Shown piece after piece: positions 11,700-24,700 of a stretch of DNA of 64,000 bases. The notes below the pieces were generated by a model. That model had not been told where the DNA came from. It searched no databases and saw nothing but the letters and a program-made list of their open reading frames with translations. The DNA is from Raillietiella orientalis. Its lineage: Eukaryota. The number at the start of each line of letters is the position of its first letter. Positions within the stretch are counted from its first letter, which is position 1. The stretch covers positions 186,001 through 250,000 of the forward strand of contig JAYWIR010000070.1 in NCBI GenBank assembly GCA_036172245.1, read 5' to 3'. A program made the position numbers and the translations under genes.

Positions 11700-12700
11700 T
11701 TCTCTCTAGTTCTGGACCCGTCGAGGTTAGTCTCCACTGATGCAGGCCGACTGTAAAACAAAAAAAGCAAAAAGACGGGAAACCAGGGGAAGCGGTGATT
11801 GCTTCGGGCAGTTTCTTCCTTCTAGAAGCGATTTAGAATGCAAGCAATTTTGCTGGTGACTTTGCACAGATGAAAGCGCCTCGCTGCAGTTCTCAGGAGA
11901 GCGGCTGCTGTTCCTGTGTCCAAAAATCCAGCACATGTTCGGGCGGTTAGTCACGCCGCTGGCAACCCACGGAGACCCAAAGGGCATGGCGCTCAGCGAA
12001 GGTCCGCCACGCGCGAAGAAGAACCTCCGCAGGAGGTCTCCGTCGGAGTCCTCCTGGTGCGGAGACCGCCGACCTACGGCAGGTACGGAAACGATTCGAT
12101 CACTCCGCACCTAGAACCTTTTTGTCACGCAACGGCTCCACCGGCAGACGAGGCGGAGGCGCTCGTTAGACCGGAGGCCCCAGCAAACGGAGAGCACCGC
12201 CTCGAGCCTCCATCCCCAAGGGAGCACCAAAGCCACCCTGAGAGGGCGAGAAACCATTGATTCCTCGGTAGAAGCATTCGAGGGTTCTCGCCAATGGAGG
12301 AATCCTCCCGACAACGCGGCGTCCACCAGAAGTCGAGTAGTGCTGTCGCTCCCGCAACGGTTCGTGAGAGTCTCAGACGCCGCCAGAGGGAAACCATCGC
12401 TGCTTGCTCTTAGGGAAGACAGCGCTGCAGCAAGGGGTGTGAGGGTTAGACGGGTTCACTGCATCCAGTGCTGCAGGGCATGTTCCGAGAAAGCTGGCAG
12501 GGGAAGAACTTCCTCTGGGAGCACTTTCCGGACTGCAACTGAGGCATCGAGCACTTCCTGCCGCCACGCATCCCAGTCCATCGGGAGGCAGCGTGAAGCA
12601 AAAGGTCCCGAGGTGCCATTTGGCCGAGCGGCGTCCGGTTGCCAGTCTCCCTCTGGAAGCAATGGAGAAGGACGATTGAAGATCCACGGCTCTCAGCTTT
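11700..12700 (-). mobile_element. Divergent L1/Tx1 ORF2 3' remnant
   Basis: LVLPWGWRLEAVLSVCWGLRSN and SRCGVIESFPYL parallel TLPLKWQE..CWSLPCN and CGERESFPHL of the other copies. A T-rich tract follows. Confidence 0.5.
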
Positions 12701-14099
12701 CCGTCTTTCCTCTGGGTTCCTGCTTGTGTGTTCGGAGCCAGTAACGCCGCTCCGTGAGGCGTAGGGAAGAGGAGAAGAAGATGGTCAATATGAGACTCCG
12801 GCAGCCATCCGGCGTTTCTTCGAGTCCCGCCTCCCTTTTGAGGAATCCCAAGTTCTAGGTCGAAGCGGGATCTTGCTCCTTCTTTCTTCTCCCTACATTC
12901 CTTCTCCTTCCTCGTTCGATCACCGTTTCTTCCTCTCCCTCCTTGCCTATCCCTTCCTCATTCGATCACCGTCTGGTCTCTACTGCCGTCGGATAAGTCC
13001 ACACGGCCCTTGGAGGTGGCCATGCCTTCCGATGGTTGTCAGCAGCATCCTCAGCAAGAAAGCTGCTGTGAACGGTCCGTCCTGAGATCCCGGGTCTTTG
13101 TAGCACTCTGCTTCTCCTCCCGGATTCCTACTCGGGCATCCGGCATCATTGCAGTTTTCTTCCTTTTCCTCCTTCATTAGGAAGTTCATCCTCATCCTCT
13201 TCTGTCGATCCGCTTCGAGGAAGACACGGGTCCTCCCGGGCGCCGAAAAGAGGGATCTTCCCTGCAACAGAGATGCGGGTGCAATGAGGGGGGAAAAGGG
13301 AGGAAGGAACTGGGTCCACCTCGTATTTTCTAAAAGAGGTGTCCCCGTGGAGCCTTCTTTCCGTTCCGCGGCCGTGGTAAATAGGCTGGTTGACCTTCGC
13401 CTCACCGCTGGCTCTGGAATTCTCTCCTCCCAGACGACCACGCTCAGCTTGTTTGTAGGGGAGAGCTTTCGAGGTTTTCCAGTAGGGCGTGGATTCGGAG
13501 AGCGCGAGATGCACGCGAAGGGAGGAGTCACTTGGGACGTTCGTTTCTCAGAGCTCTCGTCTTGCCCCTCCCGCTCAGCATCGGCGTCTCTTCGACGATG
13601 GAGGCGGCGGGCTCGGAGACTGGCAGTTGGCTTTCGCGTTCGTCCATCCAGTGGACCGAACACGGGGAAGCTACACGGCACTCAGGACTCTCCGTCCAAG
13701 GGACGGAGAACGTCGCAAGAGGGGCCGGATCCAAACATCCTGAAGATCTCCAGGCTGAGATCCAGAGGCTGAGATCTAGCAGTGGGAACACGGCATCGGC
13801 TCGCTCGTTGCCTCGGAGTAGGTCCGATATCACTTCTTGGTCCGATTGCATGCAAATGCATCCAGCTGCATCCTCAAACATCCCTTCCCTTTCCACAGCT
13901 TCCTGCAACTCTCGCCCATCCATTCATTTATTTATTGCTGCGTCTTCAGGTTCATGGGAGTTTCCTCTCGCTCATCTCGCGCCCTTCCCCACGGATCCAT
14001 GGTCATTCAGACCTCCTTCTCCCTGTCCCCTTCTCCACGTTAAATCCATCCCATTTCCTCCTCCCTCTTCCATATTTCCCTTGAAAGGCGATCGGGATC

Positions 14100-17000
14100 C
14101 GGACCGCACATCGAGTCACTCCGCTCGCGGGAGAAAATGAGCAGATACGGATCATCCAAGAAATGAAGGCCTTTTGCACTTGGTGTGCGGGGTCACTAGA
14201 GCTGCCCTTCCTCTTGAGGCATCTCTCTGTGTCACGTGCCCTCTCCCACGGGAAACAAGAGGTGGATGCCGGAGTCATCTCTTGGTTTTCCTTCATCCGG
14301 AATGACTGCCAGCTGTCCTGTCGATCCACCGACCTCTCCTTTCGACCCCTCTTCCCACACCTAACGCGCTCCCATAACCTCTACAAGTGCTCCCTTCCCA
14401 TGTCTCCCTTCGGGCGCCTTTTTGGGAGCGCAGCTCCTCGAACAGGGGGAGTCCAGGTGATTGCCGCTGGCTTCATGCCTGAGGGAAACGGCGGATTGCT
14501 CGCAGTGCAGGTCCGGAGCTGGCCGCATGGAGAGTGGTGATCACCGGGTACCCAGACATGTTTTCTCACGGTGAGGCCAGACCGGAGTCACCGTCATCCT
14601 CTCCTTTTCTCTCCCTGAGACTCCCATTGGTCGTTTTCTTGAGCTGCGCACTCAGAAGGGACAGAAACAGAGGAGGCGAACAGAGAGATATCCTGGGAGA
14701 GCGCGGACAGCTTCCCGGTTGTCTGCACAAGTGGGGGCCGAAGGGAAACTCTCCGTGGCTGCGACAGGGTGGGAAGCACTGCAGGCTTCCTCTCCATACC
14801 ATCGCCAAAGAGTCTTTGCCGGCGTTCATGCGGCTCGCGTGCGCAAGACCTCTGTCCCTCCGGAAGCCTATCAGCACGACCGAAGTAAATCCCGTCGACC
14901 GCGCCCACCCCTGACTTGGGATGGGCGATGAAACTCCTCCATTTCTCAGCCCAAGCCTCTGGAAAACCATCCTGGCCCATCACGAGCTCCTCGTTCGAGG
15001 TGGCGCCGGAGATTCCGAGTGTGGCCGTCGCCGGTGGGTGCGATGATCCCGATGGGACGAGCACGGTTTGAGAAGGGCGATTTGCGGTGGTCGCATGGGA
15101 AGCGCCACGAACCTGTGTAGGGAAGGAGGGAGAGGGGGAGGAAAAGTGGGAGTTCCGATCGGGTCCTTCAACCATGTTGGAGCGAGTGCACGCATCGGAG
15201 GGGTTGGCTGGATGGTTCGTGAATGGGGTGGGGGTGGAGTGACGTACTAGGTTTGTTCTTTGAGTTGTGGGGTGCGGAGCATCATGGACGAGGAACATAC
15301 CTGGACTGCTCTGTGAGCCGTGGTGGCCATGTGAATGCACTCAGAAGCGCGAGAAGTTGATTTTCGGAGACGTGTCTGGGCAGGAAGTTGGCAGGGAGAG
15401 GAACTGATGCGATGGAGCATCTTCTTGGCAGGATGGTGTACTGATGGAAGAGGTCGGATATCCCGCTGCGCGCAGGCGTGGTGTGCATTCGAAATAAGAG
15501 GTCCTGGAACAGCGGTCGGTGATGCTTTGGCTTCTGATCGCACCATGCCGAACGAATGCGCCCCAGCTTCCCAGACATCTGGAGCAGGAAGGCACGGCGC
15601 TCCTCAACTGGAAAGCACTCTCCAGCGGAGAGGAAGGGGAAGGGGGAGTCGGGGAAGCAAATCGAGTCCTACCGCGTGCGCCGAACCTCTTGGAACCGTC
15701 AAGGGACGCGCGAGGGTCCGGCGGACCGCGCCGGCGCATCCATGGGAACTGTTCGGGGGACAGCTGGCAGGGGAGGAAATTCATCTGGGAGCGCTTCCTG
15801 ACTCCACTCATCAAAGTTCTTCGGACGAAAGAAGGTCCACCGGCGATCTTCGGAAAGGATAGCAAGATCGCCTCGGTGGGATCCTTCCAGGGCACGCTGG
15901 AGTTATCTCGCATTTGCCACCCGAGGTCGGAAGACCTGGGAAAAGTCCAAAAGACGCACTTTTTCTGGGAGTTTCTCCCGGACAAAGTCCCGAAGAAAGG
16001 GAGAGATGGAGACTTCCGGCACGCGTGACCGCGGACGCATGAGTCGCCGAGGGTGGCACGTGCGCCGCCCATCGGAAGATTCACAAGGCGGCTCGGCGTG
16101 GAGACCTCGCTGCTTCCTTCAGGTCCCGAGCCGTTCCTCCGCTTCTTCTGAAGAGCCGGTGGGGTCTCTGTCCCGAATTTCCTCAGGAAACGACTGTCCA
16201 GGTCTCTCAGGCCATTTTCCAGGTGTTCCGCCTCCGCGAATGGTAATGCCTGGTTGCAGGAAACCATTCGCACATGGGGCGAGGAACCATAAGCGATGCC
16301 CGGAACAGGCGCAGCGATTTTTGTACAGGCTTTATGGGAACTGTTCGCTCTGGGAAGAGTGACGTGAAGAGAAAAGTGCGTGGGCAGGAAACCTTGCCGC
16401 AGCGCTTCCCTCCCTGAGGAAATAAATGGGCAGCAGCCTTCTGGCTAGATCGGAGGTCTCCTTGGAAATCTCCGGCAGGAGAAAAGAACTGTGTGAGTGG
16501 ACGACAGGACAGCTCACGGACGCTGCGACCCCGAGTGCTCCACCTCGAGGACTTCTGCGCTGGGACGAGCTGCTGGATATTCCACAAGAGAATCTACAGT
16601 GGCCGCCAGTGCTCTTGGATACTCGCACTCTCCCCCTTAAAGTGGCAGGAGTCGGCGTTGATGATGCTGTGTTGGAGTCTCCCGTGCAACACCCGCTGGC
16701 ATCACTGGACACCGGTGTGTATGAGTCCGAACTGTGGCAGGTGCACGGAACGTGAATCTCTCTCTCATCTGATAGTTGGCTGTCCTGCCTCCGGCCCCTG
16801 TGGGAACGTTTCGGGACGACCCTTGGGTTACCGGTTAAGGCAACCCCAGAGACGTTTACCGCCTTCTCTTCATGCGGGACTCCCTGCAGTTAGCCACAGC
16901 CCTGACAGCACTTTGCTGCATCCGAGGGATTGTGGCGGTCTGGAGTGAAGCCGACGATGAAGATGCCAACGAAAGGGACGTCATCCCGTGTGCTGTTCGC

Positions 17001-17305
17001 TTCCTGCAAAGAGCTACCGGATGGCCCCAGCTGGGTGGAATAAAGAAGGAACTCGAAGGCATCCTGCAAAGAATGGACCCTCCTCTTAGTGATCCCTCCC
17101 AGCCCTCCAAACTCTTGTTTTGTTTTATTGGTTTTATTTTTCTTTTTGTTTTTCCCCCATCCCTTTCCACTGCCGAGAGTCACGCTGGTCTGCGTCCCGG
17201 AGTGCCGGCAGGTCCTGTTAAATGTTGGCCGTTAGTGGGGCCTTGCACCACGTTTTGTTATGACTTCTGGAAGAGTTTGAATAAACGTCCCGGCGTATCC
17301 GGGTG
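14100..17305 (+). mobile_element. Longest decayed L1/Tx1-clade LINE copy (APE-like, RT-like, zinc knuckle, 3' UTR)
   Basis: Ordered remnants: GNGGLLAVQV (APE-like), GSWQGEEL (RT QG motif), GRKFIWERFLTPL, TLPLKWQES, CGRCTERESLSHLIVGC and C-terminal WPQLGGIKKELEGILQRM. Ends AATAAACGTCCCGGCGTATCCGGGTG. Confidence 0.75.
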
Positions 17306-17819
17306 GCATCACCGGGCGCGTCTGGAATTGTCGTTCGTGCCCGGCGCGTCGGGCTCTGCTTGTGTGTCCAGGTTCGAGATGCGCGCAAATGGCGGCGAGA
17401 AGCCTTCGGCAAACCGTTCGCGTCGTGCTGCGCCTTCGAGCTGCTTCGGCTGCTACTGTCGTTCGCACGGACGCCACACCTCCCGATAGCGACGCTGCGT
17501 TTACTCGGAGTCGGCAGTTTCTCTCGCGTTGATTAGTCTGTGAGGTCCTCTCCGCTTCCGCCTACCCATTGGCTTTCTGTCCTTCTGCTCCTTGCCTGCT
17601 CTTGAACCCTTGGCCCTGACAAGCGTCGCAGGACTCCTTCTCTGCCGCCACTTGTGTTTCTGCCTTCTTGTCCCCCCGCTGCTCCCCGAGAACCGCATGC
17701 GGCTTAGGCTGCCTCAGGCGATCCTGGCCGCGCGTGCCCCGGCGCGATCTTTTCCGCGATCCGCACGTCTTGGCGGTTTGCCTTTCCTGAGTGGACTCCA
17801 GGCGCATGAGATAGGTGCG

Positions 17820-18944
17820 CTCGACCTCACAACTTCGGCGGAATGGTTGCCTTGGCGAAGGAGAACGCCTGGATCTCCTGCCTCTCCGCGAACTGCACTA
17901 CCTGGCTTCAGGAGTCGGTTCGCATGTGGGGGAAGATCCACGACAAGAGCAGAAAAGATTTCTCCTGTCTGCAACGTGGCAGGTACGCTCGTCAGCTTCT
18001 ACAGGAGGTCCTGGAGAACCCAAGAAAGAGCCTGACCTGGAGGGCCCCGTTCACCCCCCTTGCCTCAGTGCTGCCCTCCTTCAGGAAAACAAGGGACAGT
18101 GCACCACAGGCAAGGTGGAAAGTGACCTGCACCTTAGCAGGAAAAAGAAACTTCTTGGAGGGTAGTCGGCACAGGAGCCCACGGACGAGGCACCCCGAGT
18201 GTCTCGCCCACAAGACTCACACGCTGAGGCGATCCTCTAGGAATTCCTCGGAAGGAACTGAAGTGGCCCCAGCATGCTGGAACAGTTGCACCCTCCCTCT
18301 CACGTGGCAGGGGTCGGCGCTGCTGGTCTTGCATCGGAGATTCCCGTGCGAAGTTGGTCTTCACCACTAGAAAGAAAAGTATGGGTTAAGGGAGATCCTC
18401 CAGCAGCTGCTCCTCGACGGTGCTACCCCCCGAGCCCTTTGGGATCCTCTTGCAGCGACCCTTCGGTGGGACAACCCCAAGTCACTTTGAAACGCCTCTT
18501 CACACGTGCCGCACTGCCGACAGCCGCGTCCCTCGCTGCTCTCTGCTGTCTTGGTGGGTTCGGAATGGCCTGGAATGACTCAAGAAGAGGTCAGAATGGA
18601 GGAAACACTACCCACTTGCTGGGAGTCTTCTAGAGGAATGCCACGAGATGGCCCCACCCATCTAGACGATATTCAGATCGAATTTGCCGGCATCCTGCAA
18701 AGTCTGCAGAGAACGCCCAGAAGCGAGCTTGCCAGAAAAACTTTTAAACCCTTTTTTTTCCTTTATTTTGCTTTATTTTTTCTTTTTGCTCGTCCTCTCG
18801 CCCCTTATGCCGGAAAGGACCTCGCCGGTCCGCTTACCAGCAACTCGGCAGCAATTCCGTATTTCTTAGGGCGTGGCAGGACGGTGAGTCGTACCACAAA
18901 TACTTTAAATACCTTCATAATAAATACCCTGGAAAATCTGGGTG
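17820..18944 (+). mobile_element. 5'-truncated L1/Tx1 copy
   Basis: LAKENAWISC, TLPLTWQGS and IQIEFAGILQSL; T-rich UTR, stem-loop and AATAAATACCCTGGAAAATCTGGGTG. Confidence 0.8.
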
Positions 18945-19189
18945 AACAAATCACGTGCAGGAGTGCTTGTTCACTTGCCTTTTGGGGTTCGATGCAGAGA
19001 CGCGGGGAGATGGAGGGGAAAAAAAGAAAGATAAATGAAAAAAAAAATAAAGTTCGAAGAGTGTTTGTCTGGGGGCAGGGTAAGGGATCACAGTACGTCC
19101 CGCGACGTCCTGCTCACTCTTTGGAGGATGCTGGCATGTTGCTTTCCAGGTGGGGCTATCTGCACGTGGTAGGGTTAAGGGTCCTACTA

Positions 19190-20297
19190 AACTGAGCGCG
19201 CATTGGCGGCCGCGTATTTGCGGTCTCCTCGCATGGCACCACCAAACGTCGCGGGTTCGAATCCCGCCCGGAGAAAGATCGACACCGAGAAATGGGTGCG
19301 TCGTGGGTTTCGAGTTCCCTCCGCAAGATGACGCTGATTGGTCTATTCGGATGCGGCACTGGTGGGAGCTGGAATGCCTCCGTTAACTGGCCGGGATTGT
19401 AAGTGGATCCTACAGGGTCCTTCAAGGAATGAAGGATCCGTTCCCTCCGGTTGGGAAAATGGAGCCGTTCCCCTCTTGGGAGACAACCCTCTTTTGGGTT
19501 CTATGGCAAAATGGAAGTGATTGCCGAAACTTCTAAGTGGCTGCCTTCTTTGAACCTTAGTGCAAGTACGAATCTTACAGAGGATCAGCTATTATTGGAA
19601 AAGCTATTAGGAAACGTCAATATTGTTTTCACTCTCGATATTCCAACTTTTAAAAGAGGAATCAATGCTTTTGGTATCAGCAAGGCAAAAAGGGATGCAA
19701 AAAAGTCTACTTATGATTGTTATGAAATGGTGAAAAATATAGAAAAAGAGGTTGTAAACGCTTGGAATAACGTTCTGTGCTTGATAACCCCTTCATGGGG
19801 TCGCCTCTCCAGAGTGTCAGAAACTCTCTGCTCCCTTAGGGGAGCGTTCCTAGGAAAAATTTGGAAGCTTCCTGTCGCGTTTCTCTTCAGAGGAGGAAAG
19901 AAGGAGCGGTTCCCTTGCGAGCTCCCTCCGGAGAAGAAATTTCTGATAGTGGATCCTTTCCGGGTTCCCTTCGAAGCGGATCCCTCTGGGGACCCTGCGG
20001 AGAGAATGAGGAAGGAGATTCCCTTCGTGGTTCCCCTTAGGAGACAAGTAGGGTGGAGGTGATCTCCATTCCGGGGATCCCTCCCCAGGCGTGAGAGCAA
20101 CGGACTTCGAGCCCTTTCTGGATTCATAGGGCGGTTCCCTCTCGGGATACCCCTCAACTTGAAGAGTGAACACTCACCGTAGGCTGGCGCCACAATTGGA
20201 AAGAGCTTCGTGAGCCCCTAGGCAAAATGATCTTTCGTACTTGGCGAACCAAAATTGCGAGTTTATTTCTAGAATAAACGCTCCGGCGTACCTGGGT
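19190..20297 (+). mobile_element. Most complete copy of a long tRNA-derived SINE, interrupted by a bacterial insert at about 19505-19780
   Basis: T-arm GCGGGTTCGAATCCCGC (B box) near 19255 and a second B-box-like GGTTTCGAGTTCCC near 19307. The body is shared with five other loci. Ends AATAAACGCTCCGGCGTACCTGGGT. Confidence 0.75.
19505..19780 (+). pseudogene. tolC: Fragment of a TolC-family outer-membrane protein gene, Wolbachia-like
   Basis: AT-rich, stop-free stretch KMEVIAETSKWLPSLNLSAS...VFTLDIPTFKRGINAFGISKAK...VVNAWNNVL. It fits the OEP repeat pattern (LPxLxLxA...LxIPxFxxG...VxxAW). Confidence 0.7.
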
Positions 20298-20349
20298 AAT
20301 AAACCCTCACCACGACAAGGGTAGTCAATGGAGGTGACCAACCCTCCTT

Positions 20350-20900
20350 GCCTCAATTCCTACACGCTTTCGGTTTCCTTACGAGCCACAGGATAACAGC
20401 TGTTTCATTGGCCTGCAGCTTGTGTGGCAGCGACTTCCGGTTCGCCACCGTGGTTCGTGCTGAGGCGAGCCCCAAGTGGACAATCTCGAGCTCTTTCTCA
20501 GGGTTCATTTTCCACCGTGGAGAACTTCTCCAGCTCCCTAATATAAACCTACGTCCCACTCAAGTGAACCAGAAAAGACCGATCTCCGCGGGTCGGACGA
20601 CCATCCGCCCCTCGACGGCCAGCGGCGTGCACAGCGATCATTGCTCCAGGAGAGCGTCCGTACAGGATGAATTCCAATGCCCGCTGCAGTCGATGGTCAC
20701 CACGGACGGGCGACCCAACGCTGGCGCAGCTCATCTCTGAGCTTGCGCCCAGAGAGCTCCGGCATGAGGCGACCTACCTGATACCAAGAGCGGGCTTGAA
20801 GTACATGGGCTACATATGACCGCGACTCCGGAATGTCGAGTGCCCCTCCGTGCACCGCCGTAGTGGCAATCCGCCTCTACGAAAATCTCCCCCCCGGGGG
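20350..20900 (-). mobile_element. Degenerate APE endonuclease fragment of a LINE
   Basis: HSGVAVI, GRLM and GSWRSSP in APE motif order; frameshifted. Confidence 0.35.
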
Positions 20901-20949
20901 AGAGGCAGAATTCACGAAACTGGTTGTCCTAAATTCCTCAGGGAACGGG

Positions 20950-21375
20950 AATTTTCGCTAGATTACGCCCTGTTGTTTATTTTCACAATTCATGTTTGCA
21001 AATAAATGGTCAGATTGCCAAGAATTAAAAAGGTCCTCTTTTCAGGATGGGTCCTTTCCTTCAGATAGAGTGCCGCTTCGTCAGCGGAAGTGCTGAGCGG
21101 AAGTGCTGAAGGCGCTAACTGCTCGCTAGCAGATTGTCTGGAGAAGTCCGCACAGGGAAAATAAGGAATGAAGGAGTAAAGAAAATAAATAAATAACAAA
21201 AAGAAAGATTGAGGACAAGGAAAAGGATCACAGAACTCACAGAAACCTCCCTGACGTCTTCAGCATCCTATCCAGGATGCAGGCAAGTTCCTCCTGATGC
21301 TGTGTTAGGTGCTGCCATCTTGTGATCCTTCTCAAAAGAGGGAACACGATCGCGAAGGGACCCTTGCTCGTTCGG
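20950..21375 (-). mobile_element. L1/Tx1 C-terminus and 3' UTR
   Basis: LLRRITRWQHLTQHQEELACILDRM matches the family C-terminus; T-rich UTR and AATAAAC near 20980. Confidence 0.65.
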
Positions 21376-21479
21376 CCCCGCTTTCGACGCAGCTTCTCGC
21401 CGAGGCAGGTCGTCACGGCAGGCGACATCGAGCCACGAGGGAAGAGGTGTTTCAACACACAACTTTGGGGCTGCCCCTC

Positions 21480-22240
21480 GAAGATTGCAGGACCGCAGTG
21501 CAAGCAGACCTGCATGGATCAGGAGCCACTTGTCGAGCTGCTAGAACGGCTAGGCTTTTCAGCTGGCCTTCCGGATTACTTACGCCCTCGAAGGCGCAAA
21601 ATGAAAATTCCGGTCTCTTCCGACGGCCTTCCCATAAAAGGCGTCAAGGTCAAGAGGGGAATTCGACAGGGAGGCAGACCCTCTGAACTGGTGCCAAACG
21701 CGTAGCGGAATAGCGGAGTGTACTGGGCTGGAGCAGAATGAAAGTCCATCGCAGAGCACTTCAGTTGCTGCCCCTAAGGATCTCCTGAAACGCGTCCTCG
21801 TGTCTGGAGGTCCTCTTCCTGGTACGAGCGAGAATGACTGCCAAAACTGAGGACAGATGTGTCCGTAATCTCAGGGAACTGCTGGAAGTCTCTGTCATCT
21901 GCATTCATTCGCGGCAAAGATGACCCAGTCCGAGGGAGACCCATGAGGGGTGAACGTACCGCATTCCCTGTTTCTCCTCCCTCTCCTCCTTTGCATGCCT
22001 CCCTCCCCGAGGACCTGCAACAGGCCCTAGGGGATCATGTTTATCACCATGAGCCTCATTTTCTCCCATTCCTGCATTTGTTTATTAGCCCTCCCTGCTG
22101 TCCCCCTCGCTCTCATTCCTCCCTAGTCCTGCCGCAAGGGAATAGAATTCCCTTCGTTTCGGGCCGGCTCATGTAGTACCGTGCATGTCGTGAAAACTTC
22201 ATTCATCCATTTTCAATAAATGGCCCGGCAATCCAGGATG
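21480..22240 (+). mobile_element. RT-core fragment plus decayed 3' end of an L1/Tx1 copy
   Basis: LLERLGFS...VKVKRGIRQGGRPSEL (RT motif). Terminus AATAAATGGCCCGGCAATCCAGGATG at 22215. Confidence 0.65.
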
Positions 22241-23689
22241 AGAAGGTCACGAGAAATACATGCATGAACAAAGAAACTAGTAGGACAATTACTTCCTCCT
22301 GTGTACAGGCCAGAGGGCCGCTGATCCCAGCAACTACTAGGGAAGGCGGGACAGACAGAGAGGGGACAGGAAACCAAACATACAAAGATATTTGGTGGGG
22401 CTGGGAAGGAAAGAGCAGTAGGATTCCATACCGGTTCATCGCAACTTCGTACTCGATGCCGGAGATTCTCTCACCAGTTTTCTTGGCCACGTGACTCCCA
22501 CAGTCCAACAGCAGTGCGGGAACGATGTCACGTCGGGCGGTTGCTCCCTTGCCATGAAACACTGTGGGCGCAGAGCAGGAGGAACACGCCGCGTGCTGAT
22601 ATCTGAGGGGCGATCGGAACTTGCCCACACCCAGTGGGCAGGTTGCGAATTTTTATTTATTTATTTTAAAAACGGAACGTTGCATCCGGAATGAAGAGGC
22701 TGGTCGTTCGAATCTCTGTGACTGAAGAGCTCATTCCTTGTTTTCCTCCAAGGATCCAGAAAGGAATGCGCCTTCTTGAGTCACGTAAATGTTCGTCAGC
22801 CTTCAGGCGGGGATGTGTCTCTGTCCGAAGAATCCAACGGAGGATCAGTGGAAGTGTTTTCGGGGAGAGTGATTCAATCAGAAATGCGAATGGCACTCAT
22901 GCCGAACAGCATGCTAAGGGGGCGAGGAGGTCGATTCACGGTCAGGAGTGCCAGCACTCGCGTCGAATTTACATGCCGAGCCGGTAGTCCCAGTGCGTAC
23001 TTCCTCAAATGGGAGAGTGATCCCTGTGCTGCGTGGGTAATTCGTTCCAGGCACCTTGCGTGAGTGGACAGAATCGCGCGTCTTCGAATCTCTCCTTCAT
23101 CTTTCTGTCCACTGCTGACCGAAGAGCTGCAAAACTGGGGTGCAAAGAACTCTGTATAAAGACAGGGAGAAGTATTGCTCCGCAGAGTTTGCCTTTTCCA
23201 AGGAGCCAGTGGTGGTTCTTTGCAAACTTTATCGAATTAAAATTTATCTGTGTCCACTGAAGCTGAACCCTGAGGGTGTGAGCAAAGGTAGATCCGCCTC
23301 AGGAAGGGAATGGAGATGCCGGAGGAGAGGTAGAAACATCTTGCCCTGACAAGTACAGAATCTTTGCTGTGAAAAATGCTTCAGGTGCATGGCGACTTTC
23401 GGGAGAAAATCGTCGCAACAAGAGACATCATCCTTCGGTTGCAGATGATAAATAGTGCTCTTCAGAATTTGTTGGCTGGGAGAAAAGAGTTCTGTGAGCT
23501 CCCGGACGTGCTAGAGGGAACATGTCAGGGAGTTATTCCCATGATGTGCTGGAATGGGACCACAAAAACACAAGACAAACCACGACGAACCCTGAAAACT
23601 TAAGGTTAAGCAGTAGGTCAGCTCTGGACCAGCAACGAAGATTGCCAAGTAAGAAATGTACGTCTTGGATTGTTTCCAGCGAAGGTTGA

Positions 23690-24700
23690 TCCATTGAATG
23701 GCCACTTTCTTCGGAACCTTTGGTTCCTCTTCGTTGAACTTTCTTGACGAGCTTACCGACCCAATCTTTCTGCTCTTCCGGACAAGAAGCAAAGAGGAAA
23801 TTTTCTTTGGTTGCGTTGGGGATGCAATTCACTTTACAGGTACAGCAATTTCCTCTTTCCTGTCAGGGCGCTCCAGATGAATCTCGATGCGACCTCCAGA
23901 GCTGCCGGAGATCACAGCATACGCCATATTGGTTTGGAACACACCTCACATGTAGCTGACATGTGGAAAGGAATCGGCACCAACTCATGAAAAGTCAAGG
24001 TTTCGAGCTTCTCTTCCCTGAGCGCATCCGTGAAGGAGACACCGGCTCGTAAATCTGGTTCCTAGCTCACAAGCTTCTCCTTCACCGGTGTGCAAAACCT
24101 AAAAGATTTTGGGTATGTCCGCAAGTATCTCCTTGAGTCACAGGACGCATATGGAAAAAACTTACCCGGGTTCAACATGATAGCGGTGTCAGCGTTTTGC
24201 TTGTTGCTTCCGGAGTCGTAAAATAAAGTAAAATCGGATTTTCTTGGAGGAAACGGCCGCGTGCTGGTTCCTCCGTCCGTGCCTCCGCAGATTCTGCTCG
24301 TCAGACACTGAGAACCACCCTTCCAGATGCGAGTCCTAATCATTCCCGTGTCCTTCGCTGACGATGGAAGCGACCTCGCTGTTGACCGCGATCCATTTCT
24401 GCTGCAGCTGACCTACTTCCGCGTCCTTGCTGCCCATCTCCCTGTTCAGCCTGAGTCTCGTCTAGTTCTCATCACACAGCATTGTGCTGCTCAACGATCA
24501 CGTACGGCTTTTCCATTTTTGCTGGATTTCCTGCTGGAGTTTCCGGTACTGTTTGTCTCTGCGCAGCAGCTCACTCGCTTTCCGTGCCTCTGACCTTGAC
24601 TTCGGACAGGTCCACGTCCTCTACTGGTTTGTTGATCGCTTGCATCTTCGATGCTTGCTCCTACTCCAGCTGTTTGCACAGCTTTTCCATTCCCTTTTTT
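23690..24700 (-). pseudogene. Rok: Rho-associated kinase (ROCK/Rok) pseudogene, C-terminal part, apparently intronless
   Basis: KMQAINKP (Rho-binding), MGSKDAEVGQLQ, LEGWFSV..AVSSKKI and IPKIF*VLHTGEGE (PH), HELVPIPFHMSATCEVCSKPIWRML*SPAALE (C1), and ASCPEEQKDWVGKLVKKVQ. Many stops and frameshifts. Confidence 0.88.

Noticed and set aside
19200..19275. Functional tRNA genes at the GGTTCGAATCC sites (also 27080-27150, 31148-31200, 35900-35950)
   Set aside because: Only the T-arm pairs well; anticodon and acceptor stems are broken, and each site is followed by the shared SINE sequence.
19277..19335. Resemblance of the SINE to U6 snRNA (GATCGACACCGAGAA; CCCTCCGCAAGATGAC)
   Set aside because: Spacing differs from U6 and other copies match less well; probably chance.
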